64,000 nt of DNA from a virus (lineage: Duplodnaviria > Caudoviricetes): positions 160,001-224,000 of IMG/VR virus record IMGVR_UViG_3300021255_004000. One strand, written 5' to 3'. Under the pieces are notes generated by a model, which saw only the letters and a list, made by a program, of their open reading frames with translations, did no database searches and was not told the origin of the DNA. A program made the translations under genes and the position numbers. Position 1 is the first letter of the stretch; each line of letters begins with the position of its first letter. Below, one piece after another: positions 51,268-59,213 of this stretch.

Positions 51268-52098
51268 TTATTTTGCATCTTCTTTTTCTTCTGAAGCCAT
51301 CAAAGTTTTTTCAACTTCACGAATGCGGTTGCGTTCTGCAATATCTGCTTTAACTCGCTTTTCAACATTATCTGTTTCTTTTATGCCAAACTCTTCTTTA
51401 AGAGTTTTTGCTGCTTCAAGCTGTTCGTCTGTAAATGCTTTATCACAAACAACCACAACAGATTTCAAATAAAAGATGGAATATTCACTGTAAGTACTGT
51501 AACCTGAAGGAGCATTTGTTTTAATGCGGAAGCCTCTTAAATATAAACCGTCCGCATCTGCACCGAGTACAGGAGATGTTACAATCTCGCGTTTCTTATA
51601 ATCTTTTTCATACAATGGATTTTCAAAAGTTAGTGTGAACTCTTCCATTGACTTAATTGCATTAAAGTCCTGCGGCATTTTAATCGACTTAATAGGACCC
51701 ATAGGCGATGTTGAGTAAAGTAATATAATTTCATCGTATGGACGATTAGTTGTTGCAGTAACTTTAATTGATTTTATTGCACCAGCATTCTGAATAACAC
51801 CTGCGCCATCAACGCCTTCATTAAGGAACGAAGGATATGCAGTCAAAATATCATAGGATGTTGAAATATCCTTAGGTACTTTTGTTGCAAGGAAACGCAA
51901 GCCTTTTTCATTTGGCTCAAGAATTGTCAACTCTGACTTGTTAAAGTAGCCACTTGTTGAGCTAATTTCAAAGTTGCTTACATAATCATAACCATCAACA
52001 TCAGCTTTTGCTGCTGAGCTGAACAACACCTGTTCTTGTGCGCAAAGCAATATACAAGTTGCAAACATTACACACAAGAATGACAAAAATCTTTTCAC
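51268..52098 (-). CDS. flaA: Spirochete flagellar filament outer-layer (sheath) protein FlaA homolog
   Basis: Sec signal peptide; GAGVIQNAGAIKSIKV, LTFENPLY....KREI..SPV, YLKSVVVVCDKA and EEFGI match, in order, the Treponema FlaA blocks G.GVVKNVGTIKSIAV, LVWNNPSY..DVRSREV..YPV, YFKDVKIIYDKA and EDLWGI (recalled from memory). Confidence 0.75.
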   Translation of the reverse strand: MKRFLSFLCVMFATCILLCAQEQVLFSSAAKADVDGYDYVSNFEISSTSGYFNKSELTILEPNEKGLRFLATKVPKDISTSYDILTAYPSFLNEGVDGAGVIQNAGAIKSIKVTATTNRPYDEIILLYSTSPMGPIKSIKMPQDFNAIKSMEEFTLTFENPLYEKDYKKREIVTSPVLGADADGLYLRGFRIKTNAPSGYSTYSEYSIFYLKSVVVVCDKAFTDEQLEAAKTLKEEFGIKETDNVEKRVKADIAERNRIREVEKTLMASEEKEDAK

Positions 52099-52726
52099 TG
52101 TCGTACTCCTATGTACACATCAAAAACATCATCAGCGCAGTCATTCTTCAAAGAAATAAGCCATACTTCTTTGAAGCCGCCAATGTTTTTATCGTTCAAT
52201 TTGTTGATGAATGACAATAAATCAACCAAGTATTTATTCCATTCACCACTTCCATTCTTTCCACCATAAAGATGGACAACCAAATGAGTTCCTTCTTTGA
52301 CTTTTGCAACAAAGTCAAGTTTTAAGTTGGACCATTCACATCCTTCCAATGATCTTGTAACTCTTGTTACTATATCACCATTAGGAATATCTATCCAAGT
52401 CTCGCCAAATTCGTTAGTTATTTTATCTTCCAATTTTCTGTCCTGTGTAATTGAATAAAGCAGAAATCATCTGTTTCTGCAACCAAATGATCAGTTGGCT
52501 CAAGATATCCAATCTGAGTATATGCTGATGAATTGACTGCATCTTTCAATGTCTTTTCTGTGTAAGCAAGATCATTGTCAGCAGTATAATTTCCGTAAAG
52601 TTCTTTTACCAAAGTTTCTTTTGGATTCTTGTCGTCAGGACTTACAGCCGCAACAAGATCCGCTGCTACAGAGTTGTTGATAAAAAACCTAACCTTACAA
52701 AGAATAAGTCCTTTCTTCATAATCAA
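52095..52726 (-). other. Two small hypothetical genes between flaB and flaA (52095-52433, 52418-52726)
   Basis: Overlapping packing into flaA; GTTAATAT at 52739-52746. Confidence 0.6.
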
Positions 52727-52746
52727 CCTCCATAAGTTATATTAAC

Positions 52747-53598
52747 TTATTTAAGAAGCGCAAGTACTGTTGATGACTGACTGTTTGCATTTGCCAACAT
52801 TGCAGTTGACGCCTGCTGAAGAATTGCGTTCTTAGTATAATCAACCATTGCTGTTGCCATATCTTCATCACGGATAACGCTTTCTGAAGATGTAAGGTTT
52901 TCAGCAGCAACATCAATACCTTTCTGTGTAAGTTCCATTCTGTTCTGAACTGCACCAAGATCAGCACGCTGCTTGTTTACAACTTTCAATGCTTCGTCGA
53001 CTGTTGCGATAGTTGAGTTTGCTTCATCAGCAGATGCGATAGAAATTGTGTTACCTGCTTCTCCCTGGATATCTTTCAAACCAAGTGCAGCAGCTGTTGC
53101 AGATTCGATGTTGATGCTAATACGCTGGTCAGCATTTGCGCCAATCTGGAATGTCATTTCAGTTCCTGCTTCTTTTCCAAAGCGGCCTGTCAACATATTC
53201 ATACCATTGAACTGTGCAGAACTTGCAATGCGGTCAACTTCTGAAACAAGCTGAGAAACTTCAACCTGAATCTGCATACGGTCTTCATCACTGTAAAGTC
53301 CATTGCTTGACTGAACAGCAAGTTCACGAATACGCTGCAAGATGTCAGAAGTTTCCTGAAGGTAACCTTCTGTTGTCTGAATGAAGCTTACGCCGTTTGA
53401 AACATTTTTTGATGCCTGATTAAGACCACGAATCTGTGAACGCATCTTTTCAGAGATTGCAAGGCCGGCAGCATCGTCACCAGCACGATTGATTTTCTCT
53501 CCACTTGAGAGCTTTTCCATTGAGCTTTTCAATGCAGCAGTGTTAAGTCCTTCCTGTCTTGCTGCAAATATTGAACTCATATTATGATTTATCACCAT
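52747..53598 (-). CDS. flaB: Flagellin, Treponema-type periplasmic flagellar core protein
   Basis: [77 protein letters not shown]; 283 aa. Confidence 0.95.
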   Translation of the reverse strand: MVINHNMSSIFAARQEGLNTAALKSSMEKLSSGEKINRAGDDAAGLAISEKMRSQIRGLNQASKNVSNGVSFIQTTEGYLQETSDILQRIRELAVQSSNGLYSDEDRMQIQVEVSQLVSEVDRIASSAQFNGMNMLTGRFGKEAGTEMTFQIGANADQRISINIESATAAALGLKDIQGEAGNTISIASADEANSTIATVDEALKVVNKQRADLGAVQNRMELTQKGIDVAAENLTSSESVIRDEDMATAMVDYTKNAILQQASTAMLANANSQSSTVLALLK

Positions 53599-53658
53599 AT
53601 TGTAAGCCCCTCCTATAGGCTACATAAGGTGGCTTCCTTGCCACCTTATTATATTAAC
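53599..53658 (-). promoter_or_regulatory. flaB leader: GTTAATAT motif plus two GGA-loop hairpins (candidate CsrA sites)
   Basis: ATAAGGTGGC-AAGGAA-GCCACCTTAT then TGTAGCC-TATAGGAGG-GGCTTACA containing the SD. Confidence 0.6.
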
Positions 53659-53669
53659 TCAAAAATCTT

Positions 53670-53927
53670 TTAACAGTTTGTTGTTATGTAATCGTGAAGC
53701 TCATTGGCAAGTGCCTTAATCTCTTCATCAGAAACCATACTGTTGTTCAATGCATCTGTAACAATAGTTGCAAATGTCTTTGGCGAACCTGCAGCTTCAT
53801 AGAGATCGTCAAATGCATCAACGATTTTATTGTGAATAGCATAAGTGTCAATAGTCTCTTTCATATGCTTCTGATTGTCTTTGCTTTCATTGCAATTAAC
53901 AATGCTTTCAAATAATTCTTTTTTCAT
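53670..53927 (-). CDS. Hypothetical protein, probably late
   Basis: 85 aa, ACTAATT at 53943-53949. Confidence 0.6.
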   Translation of the reverse strand: MKKELFESIVNCNESKDNQKHMKETIDTYAIHNKIVDAFDDLYEAAGSPKTFATIVTDALNNSMVSDEEIKALANELHDYITTNC

Positions 53928-54004
53928 TTAAATCCTCTTATAAATTAGTTTTGAAATCATTAAAGGCTGCCTTTAAGCAGCCAATAATCAACAAGGAATA
54001 AGCT

Positions 54005-54532
54005 TTAGTCTCCCCAGTACTTCGTGTTTGCGTAGAAGGCCATAACTTCATCAGCGTGACCTAACTTGTCAAAGTGGAGAACTGCAGCTCCAGTTTTGTA
54101 AGGCTTTGGCTGATTTTCATCGCGGAACTTCAACCAATTCTGATAGTCAATCTTGAACTGTGCAAGGTCTGCTTCATACTTTGCAGCAGCAGCTTTTCCA
54201 GTTTTTGTTCTTTTATCAAACTTCTTTGCTTCAGGTTTTTTAGGACAAGGATTTGCTTTAACCCATTCAGCTCTTTCATCTGCCTGAGAGATACCTGCAA
54301 AAGATCCGATTTCAAATCCTGCTTTTTCAGCGGCAAACTCGATTGTACTTCTCAAGCCATCAGGTGTTGGGAAGTCGAAAAACTCTCCAGTAGGATTGAT
54401 GCCTTCACCATAAAGATAAAGTTCATCATATGTACCTGAGCCTTCAGAAGTGATTTTTGTTTCAACTTTTATGTTCGGAAACTTTTCTGCAAGTTCCTTT
54501 GTAAGACTTTCAAAAAACTGTGCGCATACCAT
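54005..54532 (-). CDS. Hypothetical early protein
   Basis: 175 aa, GGAGG RBS. Confidence 0.65.
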   Translation of the reverse strand: MVCAQFFESLTKELAEKFPNIKVETKITSEGSGTYDELYLYGEGINPTGEFFDFPTPDGLRSTIEFAAEKAGFEIGSFAGISQADERAEWVKANPCPKKPEAKKFDKRTKTGKAAAAKYEADLAQFKIDYQNWLKFRDENQPKPYKTGAAVLHFDKLGHADEVMAFYANTKYWGD

Positions 54533-54543
54533 ATTGTTCCTCC

Positions 54544-54717
54544 TTATTTTGTTCCTTTCATTTCACGGCGGCGCTGGAAGTAAAGATGAGTTGCATCTGA
54601 CAATGAGAGATTTTTTGCATAAAGCTCACCGTTCTCAAAATAAGCACACCAGCGGCCTTTTTTCTCGACAAAAGTTCCTTCATTCTGTGGGTCCTGAAGT
54701 TCGATTGTTGTTCTCAT
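54544..54717 (-). CDS. Small hypothetical early protein (57 aa, not in the ORF track)
   Basis: MRTTIELQDPQNEG..., AAGGAG RBS, downstream of class I promoter copy 9. Confidence 0.55.
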   Translation of the reverse strand: MRTTIELQDPQNEGTFVEKKGRWCAYFENGELYAKNLSLSDATHLYFQRRREMKGTK

Positions 54718-54739
54718 AATTTACTCCTTGTCGTGTTGT

Positions 54740-54778
54740 TTACAAAAATAATATAAAAGATGCTCGTGCAAAGTTCAA
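54740..54778 (-). promoter_or_regulatory. Class I promoter, copy 9
   Basis: TTGAAC-N17-TATATT..TGTAA. Confidence 0.8.
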
Positions 54779-54815
54779 TTTTTATTTAGACATTTTGACA
54801 TTTTTTGTCTAAATG

Positions 54816-54844
54816 ACTTTTTTAGCTATATGGGACAATAATAA
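54816..54844 (-). repeat. 29-bp dispersed element, copy 3 (inverted)
   Basis: Reverse complement identical to copies 1 and 2; adjacent ATTTAGACA..TGTCTAAAT inverted repeat. Confidence 0.9.
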
Positions 54845-54901
54845 ATAAGGAAATACAAGGATTTATTTATTATTGAACTTTTATAAAAATGACTAATTTA
54901 T

Positions 54902-55162
54902 ATGGATCATAGGAAAGTATTATCAGCTAAACTTACTTTTATAAAAAATTATTTACACGGAGCTTCTGGGCGTTGTCTGACACTTCCGTTTGATTGGTTT
55001 TATGTAAGTGAGCCTATGTCTGATAAAGATGCTTATGGCCATCAGTCTTTTAAGGTTGTCGACTTGTTCAGAGAACATAAAGACAGCGTTATTAAGGAAC
55101 TTAAAGAAGACAGCATCAAGGTTGAAACCGTGCCAAAGATGTACATCTTCAAGAAGTGTTAA
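54902..55162 (+). CDS. Hypothetical protein
   Basis: 86 aa, ACTAATT at 54892-54898. Confidence 0.55.
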   Translation: MDHRKVLSAKLTFIKNYLHGASGRCLTLPFDWFYVSEPMSDKDAYGHQSFKVVDLFREHKDSVIKELKEDSIKVETVPKMYIFKKC

Positions 55163-55184
55163 TATATTTAAGTAGGAGATCATT

Positions 55185-55355
55185 ATGGCAGATAGTGAAT
55201 GCACAAAGCCATCTGAGACAGTAACACTTGTCAAAAATGGCGATGAAATTGTTATGGATAAAAAATCATATGAAGAAGGCGTTTTTTCAGGCAAACTCAA
55301 AGTAACTGAAGGAACAGATGGAAAGAAACATCTTCTCGAAAGAATGAACGGCTAA
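55185..55355 (+). CDS. Small hypothetical protein (56 aa, not in the ORF track)
   Basis: AGGAG RBS, MADSECTKPSETV..., GTTAATAT at 55158-55165. Confidence 0.55.
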   Translation: MADSECTKPSETVTLVKNGDEIVMDKKSYEEGVFSGKLKVTEGTDGKKHLLERMNG

Positions 55356-55376
55356 ATCCGTATAAAAGAGGTAACA

Positions 55377-56354
55377 ATGCAATATGATGTAATTGCAGTT
55401 GATATGTTCAACTTGTATTATCGCAAGAAGAACAGTTCACTGGAAAAGGATCCTATATCTATTGCACGGAATATGGTTACTTTTATCAATAACGAGGTTA
55501 TGCAACACCTCACTGATGATGGTAAGTTGTTTCTTTTATATGACCCAATTCCTAAAACGGATTTAGGATTATCAAAAACTTTTAAGTATACTGAGCGTCA
55601 GGAAATTGTACACGCTTACAAAAAGAATCGTACTCACGACAGAAACTGTCTTACAGTTGTTGATCTTGTAAGAAAAAACTTTATCCACCGTGGTGGCAAT
55701 GTTATTTCAGTAATCAGCGACAAATATGAAGCTGATGACTTTATGGAAAGTATTGTCAAAGAAAACGAAGGTAAAGATATTCTTATGATTACCAACGATG
55801 AAGATTGGTGTCGTTATTTGTCACCAAAAGTTGAAATGATGAATACAGATAATTGGCTTAATCTTTTTACTGTTGATTCATTCAGAGAGAAGTACAACTT
55901 CATTCCTTCAATCGCAGGAGTTTGTGTTTGGAAGGCTTGCTTTGGCGATGGTTCTGACAATATCAAAGGCGCACTTCAGGTTAAAGGCCTTAGGAAAGCA
56001 AATGATGTTAAACTTAAAGCTTTTGAATATGTTAAGTATCTTGGTGCAAATCAGGATGTTACTATTAAGCATATTGAAAGCTTAAAGAATCTTAGTCATT
56101 CAGACCTTTTGAATAAGCAAAATAAAACAGTTGAAGAAGAGTTTATTTACGCGCTCAATATGTTTGACCCCAAGTATGAGGTCACTTCTACTTTCTTTAG
56201 CAATCTTCGTGTTATCCAATCAAGATGCGATGATTATTTCAAGTTTGCAACAGCGAAAGAAGTAGATGAAAAGTACAACATTCTTATTGAAAAGACTTTG
56301 GGATTTATCAAAAAAGAAGACCGTACTTTTAAGTTTGGAATGATTAAAGGTTAA
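55377..56354 (+). CDS. 5'-3' exonuclease / T4 RNase H-like flap endonuclease
   Basis: AVDMFN, YKKNR, EADD, TNDEDW, GDGSDNIKG. Confidence 0.85.
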   Translation: MQYDVIAVDMFNLYYRKKNSSLEKDPISIARNMVTFINNEVMQHLTDDGKLFLLYDPIPKTDLGLSKTFKYTERQEIVHAYKKNRTHDRNCLTVVDLVRKNFIHRGGNVISVISDKYEADDFMESIVKENEGKDILMITNDEDWCRYLSPKVEMMNTDNWLNLFTVDSFREKYNFIPSIAGVCVWKACFGDGSDNIKGALQVKGLRKANDVKLKAFEYVKYLGANQDVTIKHIESLKNLSHSDLLNKQNKTVEEEFIYALNMFDPKYEVTSTFFSNLRVIQSRCDDYFKFATAKEVDEKYNILIEKTLGFIKKEDRTFKFGMIKG

Positions 56355-56372
56355 TTATTCCTCGGAGGTTTT

Positions 56373-57356
56373 ATGTTGTATATTTTTGGCGATGTCCACT
56401 TGTCTGCGATGAATCCTTGGAATGCGGATGTCGGCGAAAACTTTATAAAGTGGTTTGAAGAGTTTTGCAAAGAAACAGCAAGAAAAGATATTACAGAAAG
56501 AAACATTCTTTGGCTTGGTGATATTACTGAAAAGGATGTCAACCCTGGCGATGTTATCGACCAAGAGTATCGTATCTTCAAACTTTGTTCAGATTATTTC
56601 GCAAATACATATGTAATTATGGGCAATCACGACTTAAAGTTGTATAAGAAAAAAGCTCAGCATTCATTGAAGTTTTTGCGAAATCTTCCGAATGTAAATA
56701 TTATTGATAGTCCTCGTGACATTAAAATCAATGAAACAGTTGTAAGAATGTTGCCACATTTACGAGTTGAAGGTAAGTCACTTTCAGATTATTATTCACA
56801 ACTTCATTTCCGCACCGATGCTGATTTGGTTGTAGGACATTGGGCAAAGATTGACCCAAATCATCCAAACTGGGGAGGTGTTGATGTTTCAAATATGCGG
56901 GGAAAGGATTTCTGCTTAGGCCACATTCATACAAGAATTGAGCCTTGTTACACAGGCTCTATTTTTGCAAACAAGTCAACTGAAGTTGGCGAAAGAGTTT
57001 ATAAGGTTTATAACAATGGACACGAAGTTCAAAGTGTTGTACTACCCAACTTCCTTGAGTACAGAACTGTAAAGTATCCTGAAGATCCAAACACAGATGT
57101 AACAAGTCCTTATACGACTTTGGTTTTCGATGTTGAAAATGTTGTTTCTGTTCAGCAGGCAAGAGTTCAATATCCAAACATTTATGTTCGTGGAACTGTT
57201 AAGAAAAAGATTGACCGTGAATTGACAGAGTCAGTTAAATCATCTGATGTGTTCTTGTATAAGAATAACCTTCAGGCATACAATGATTGGTTGAAAGAAA
57301 CGAAGTATCCTATCGGAAGGCGTGCTTCGGCGATGATAAATGAATTGTTGAAATAA
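56373..57356 (+). CDS. Mre11/SbcD-like recombination nuclease
   Basis: GDVHL, LGDI, GNHD, GHIH..YTGS. Confidence 0.8.
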   Translation: MLYIFGDVHLSAMNPWNADVGENFIKWFEEFCKETARKDITERNILWLGDITEKDVNPGDVIDQEYRIFKLCSDYFANTYVIMGNHDLKLYKKKAQHSLKFLRNLPNVNIIDSPRDIKINETVVRMLPHLRVEGKSLSDYYSQLHFRTDADLVVGHWAKIDPNHPNWGGVDVSNMRGKDFCLGHIHTRIEPCYTGSIFANKSTEVGERVYKVYNNGHEVQSVVLPNFLEYRTVKYPEDPNTDVTSPYTTLVFDVENVVSVQQARVQYPNIYVRGTVKKKIDRELTESVKSSDVFLYKNNLQAYNDWLKETKYPIGRRASAMINELLK

Positions 57357-57360
57357 GTTC

Positions 57361-57385
57361 AAGGCGGCGGAAAGCCGCCTTTTTT
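57361..57385 (+). terminator. Intrinsic terminator followed by GTTAATAT (57391-57398)
   Basis: AAGGCGGC GGAAA GCCGCCTTTTTT. Confidence 0.8.
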
Positions 57386-57408
57386 ATTGTGTTAATATAA
57401 TTTCTGAG

Positions 57409-58488
57409 ATGTGGCAATTCAGGCCACGAGGAGTTAAAGTGTTAACGATAGACAATTCACAAGAATTGACTGTTCACGACTTTATTAAGAATAAAGAACA
57501 TCAACCTTTCAAAGGTTGGCGAACAGTTGCAAAAACCGAAAACTTCGGTCTTATCTTTGGTTGTACTGCTCCAACATTTGCTGGAATGTTGAAACAGGCA
57601 AACTTCACTGAAGCTGAATGTGATGAGTTCATACAGCTTACAAATAACACACAGGCATATAACGCTGCACTTGCAAACAATATGGGCAGTAAGCATCCTA
57701 TGAAAACTGCTGATGTAAAGTTTATAGTTGTTGCAGATGCAATGCGTACATCATTCTTTGAAACATATCAAGGCCTTATGGGTCGTATCAAGCGAGAGCA
57801 GGCTTTTGCTCTCGCGCACGGTTATGTTCGTTCTTGGCACGGACCTGTAAGACATCTTGCTGAATTAAGATATTTATCAGTTTCACCTAAAGGTGAATTG
57901 CAGGGAGCAGACCGCTCTCTTTATTCTAAAATGTTTTCCCATCTTTTGAACAACGCGTGTAACTCAACAATTCAGACAATGGAATCCCGCATCGCTTTTT
58001 CAACTTGGGTAAACATTGCAAAGTATCTTGCTCTTTGGGGACTTAAATCATATTGTTGGAACAACATCCACGACTCTCTTGACTTTTACATTTACAAGCC
58101 TGAACTTGAGTTGGTTGTTGCATTAGCTAATGCTTGTGCTGCTTGGGACCGTGAACCTGTAAAAGGCATTCATATGTCATTTGATGCAGAGATTTCTGAT
58201 CTTCAAGATTATGAACATCGTTGTGCAACATATTACAAAGCAGGTGTTGGTGTTGATGTTTTGCCTATTGAAGAAGCGATTGAACATTATAACAAAAAGA
58301 ATGGAACAAACCTTAAGTGGTATGGTTGTGATTGGGAATATGACAAGTATGCTTCAAATCGACTTTCAATGTATGAGAAGTATTGTCAGTTAAACGGTAA
58401 AGAAAATGTTGATGAATGGCTTGAACGATGGGGCGGTCCTGTAATCAATCAGCCTGCAATGGCTACTAGGAGAGTTGTAAATGGCTAA
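57409..58488 (+). CDS. polA: Family A DNA polymerase, C-terminal fragment (motifs B and C); likely start GTG 57439
   Basis: RTVAKTENFGLIFG (motif B), GYVRSWHGPVRHL, ACNSTIQ, NIHDSL (motif C); GAGGAG RBS before the GTG. Confidence 0.85.
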   Translation: MWQFRPRGVKVLTIDNSQELTVHDFIKNKEHQPFKGWRTVAKTENFGLIFGCTAPTFAGMLKQANFTEAECDEFIQLTNNTQAYNAALANNMGSKHPMKTADVKFIVVADAMRTSFFETYQGLMGRIKREQAFALAHGYVRSWHGPVRHLAELRYLSVSPKGELQGADRSLYSKMFSHLLNNACNSTIQTMESRIAFSTWVNIAKYLALWGLKSYCWNNIHDSLDFYIYKPELELVVALANACAAWDREPVKGIHMSFDAEISDLQDYEHRCATYYKAGVGVDVLPIEEAIEHYNKKNGTNLKWYGCDWEYDKYASNRLSMYEKYCQLNGKENVDEWLERWGGPVINQPAMATRRVVNG

Positions 58489-59212
58489 GACAGAAGCAAA
58501 GAAATCAAAAATTGAAACACCTATGACAAAGTCAGTTGCAAGACGCGTTAAGATTCAAAAAGGCGAGCCTATTATTGAGCATAAAGAAGAAAAGCCTGCC
58601 CCAAAAAAACGCAGAACAAAGGCTGAAATCGAAGCAGAGAAGAGAGCAAAAGCTGAACGCAAAGCAGAGCTTGCAAGAAAGAAAGCAGAGCGTGAAGCAA
58701 AGAAACTTGCTCGTGAACAGAAGAAAGCTGAAAAAGAAGCCAAGATAAAAGCAAAGGCAGATGCTGTTGCTGCAAAAGAAAAAGAAAAAATTGAACTTGC
58801 AAAGCAGCAAAAAGAAATTGATAAACTTAAGGTTGACACAAAGAAGTATTGTAAGCCTGTCCCAATGACAAAGGCAGATAGAGACCACATCAAAAAGATT
58901 ATGGCAAATCCTGACTTTAAGTTGTCAATGTGTACACAGACTTATGGTAAAAGTACTTTCAGAGTTCTGAATCATCGTGAAAATGAACTTGTCATTTCTG
59001 TTGATGATGTTTATTATTTTTATAATAAGACAACTGATAAAGGAATCAACTTTGGACCAATCTTTGAAACTTGGCTGTGCACAAGTAAACGGATTCCTTG
59101 GACAGATCCAGAACCTGAAGTTAATATACCAAAACAAGAAGTTGCTCAGAAGGTTGTTGTAACAGATGAGCAGAAAAAAGCAATTATGAGAAAGATGAGA
59201 GGTAGACGATAA
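58481..59212 (+). CDS. Lys/Ala/Glu-rich basic protein
   Basis: KKRRTKAEIEAEK followed by a long K/A/E/R helix. Confidence 0.6.
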   Translation: MAKTEAKKSKIETPMTKSVARRVKIQKGEPIIEHKEEKPAPKKRRTKAEIEAEKRAKAERKAELARKKAEREAKKLAREQKKAEKEAKIKAKADAVAAKEKEKIELAKQQKEIDKLKVDTKKYCKPVPMTKADRDHIKKIMANPDFKLSMCTQTYGKSTFRVLNHRENELVISVDDVYYFYNKTTDKGINFGPIFETWLCTSKRIPWTDPEPEVNIPKQEVAQKVVVTDEQKKAIMRKMRGRR

Positions 59213-59213
59213 T

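Noticed and set aside
51268-53927. Host chromosomal contamination or a TldR/TnpB-guided flagellin locus
   Set aside because: The fla genes are flanked by phage-type motifs and ORFans, with no other flagellar operon genes, no sigma28 consensus and no TnpB-like ORF in the window
2835-54844. Repeated 39-bp and 29-bp motifs as a CRISPR array
   Set aside because: Copies are kilobases apart, with no repeat-spacer periodicity and no cas genes
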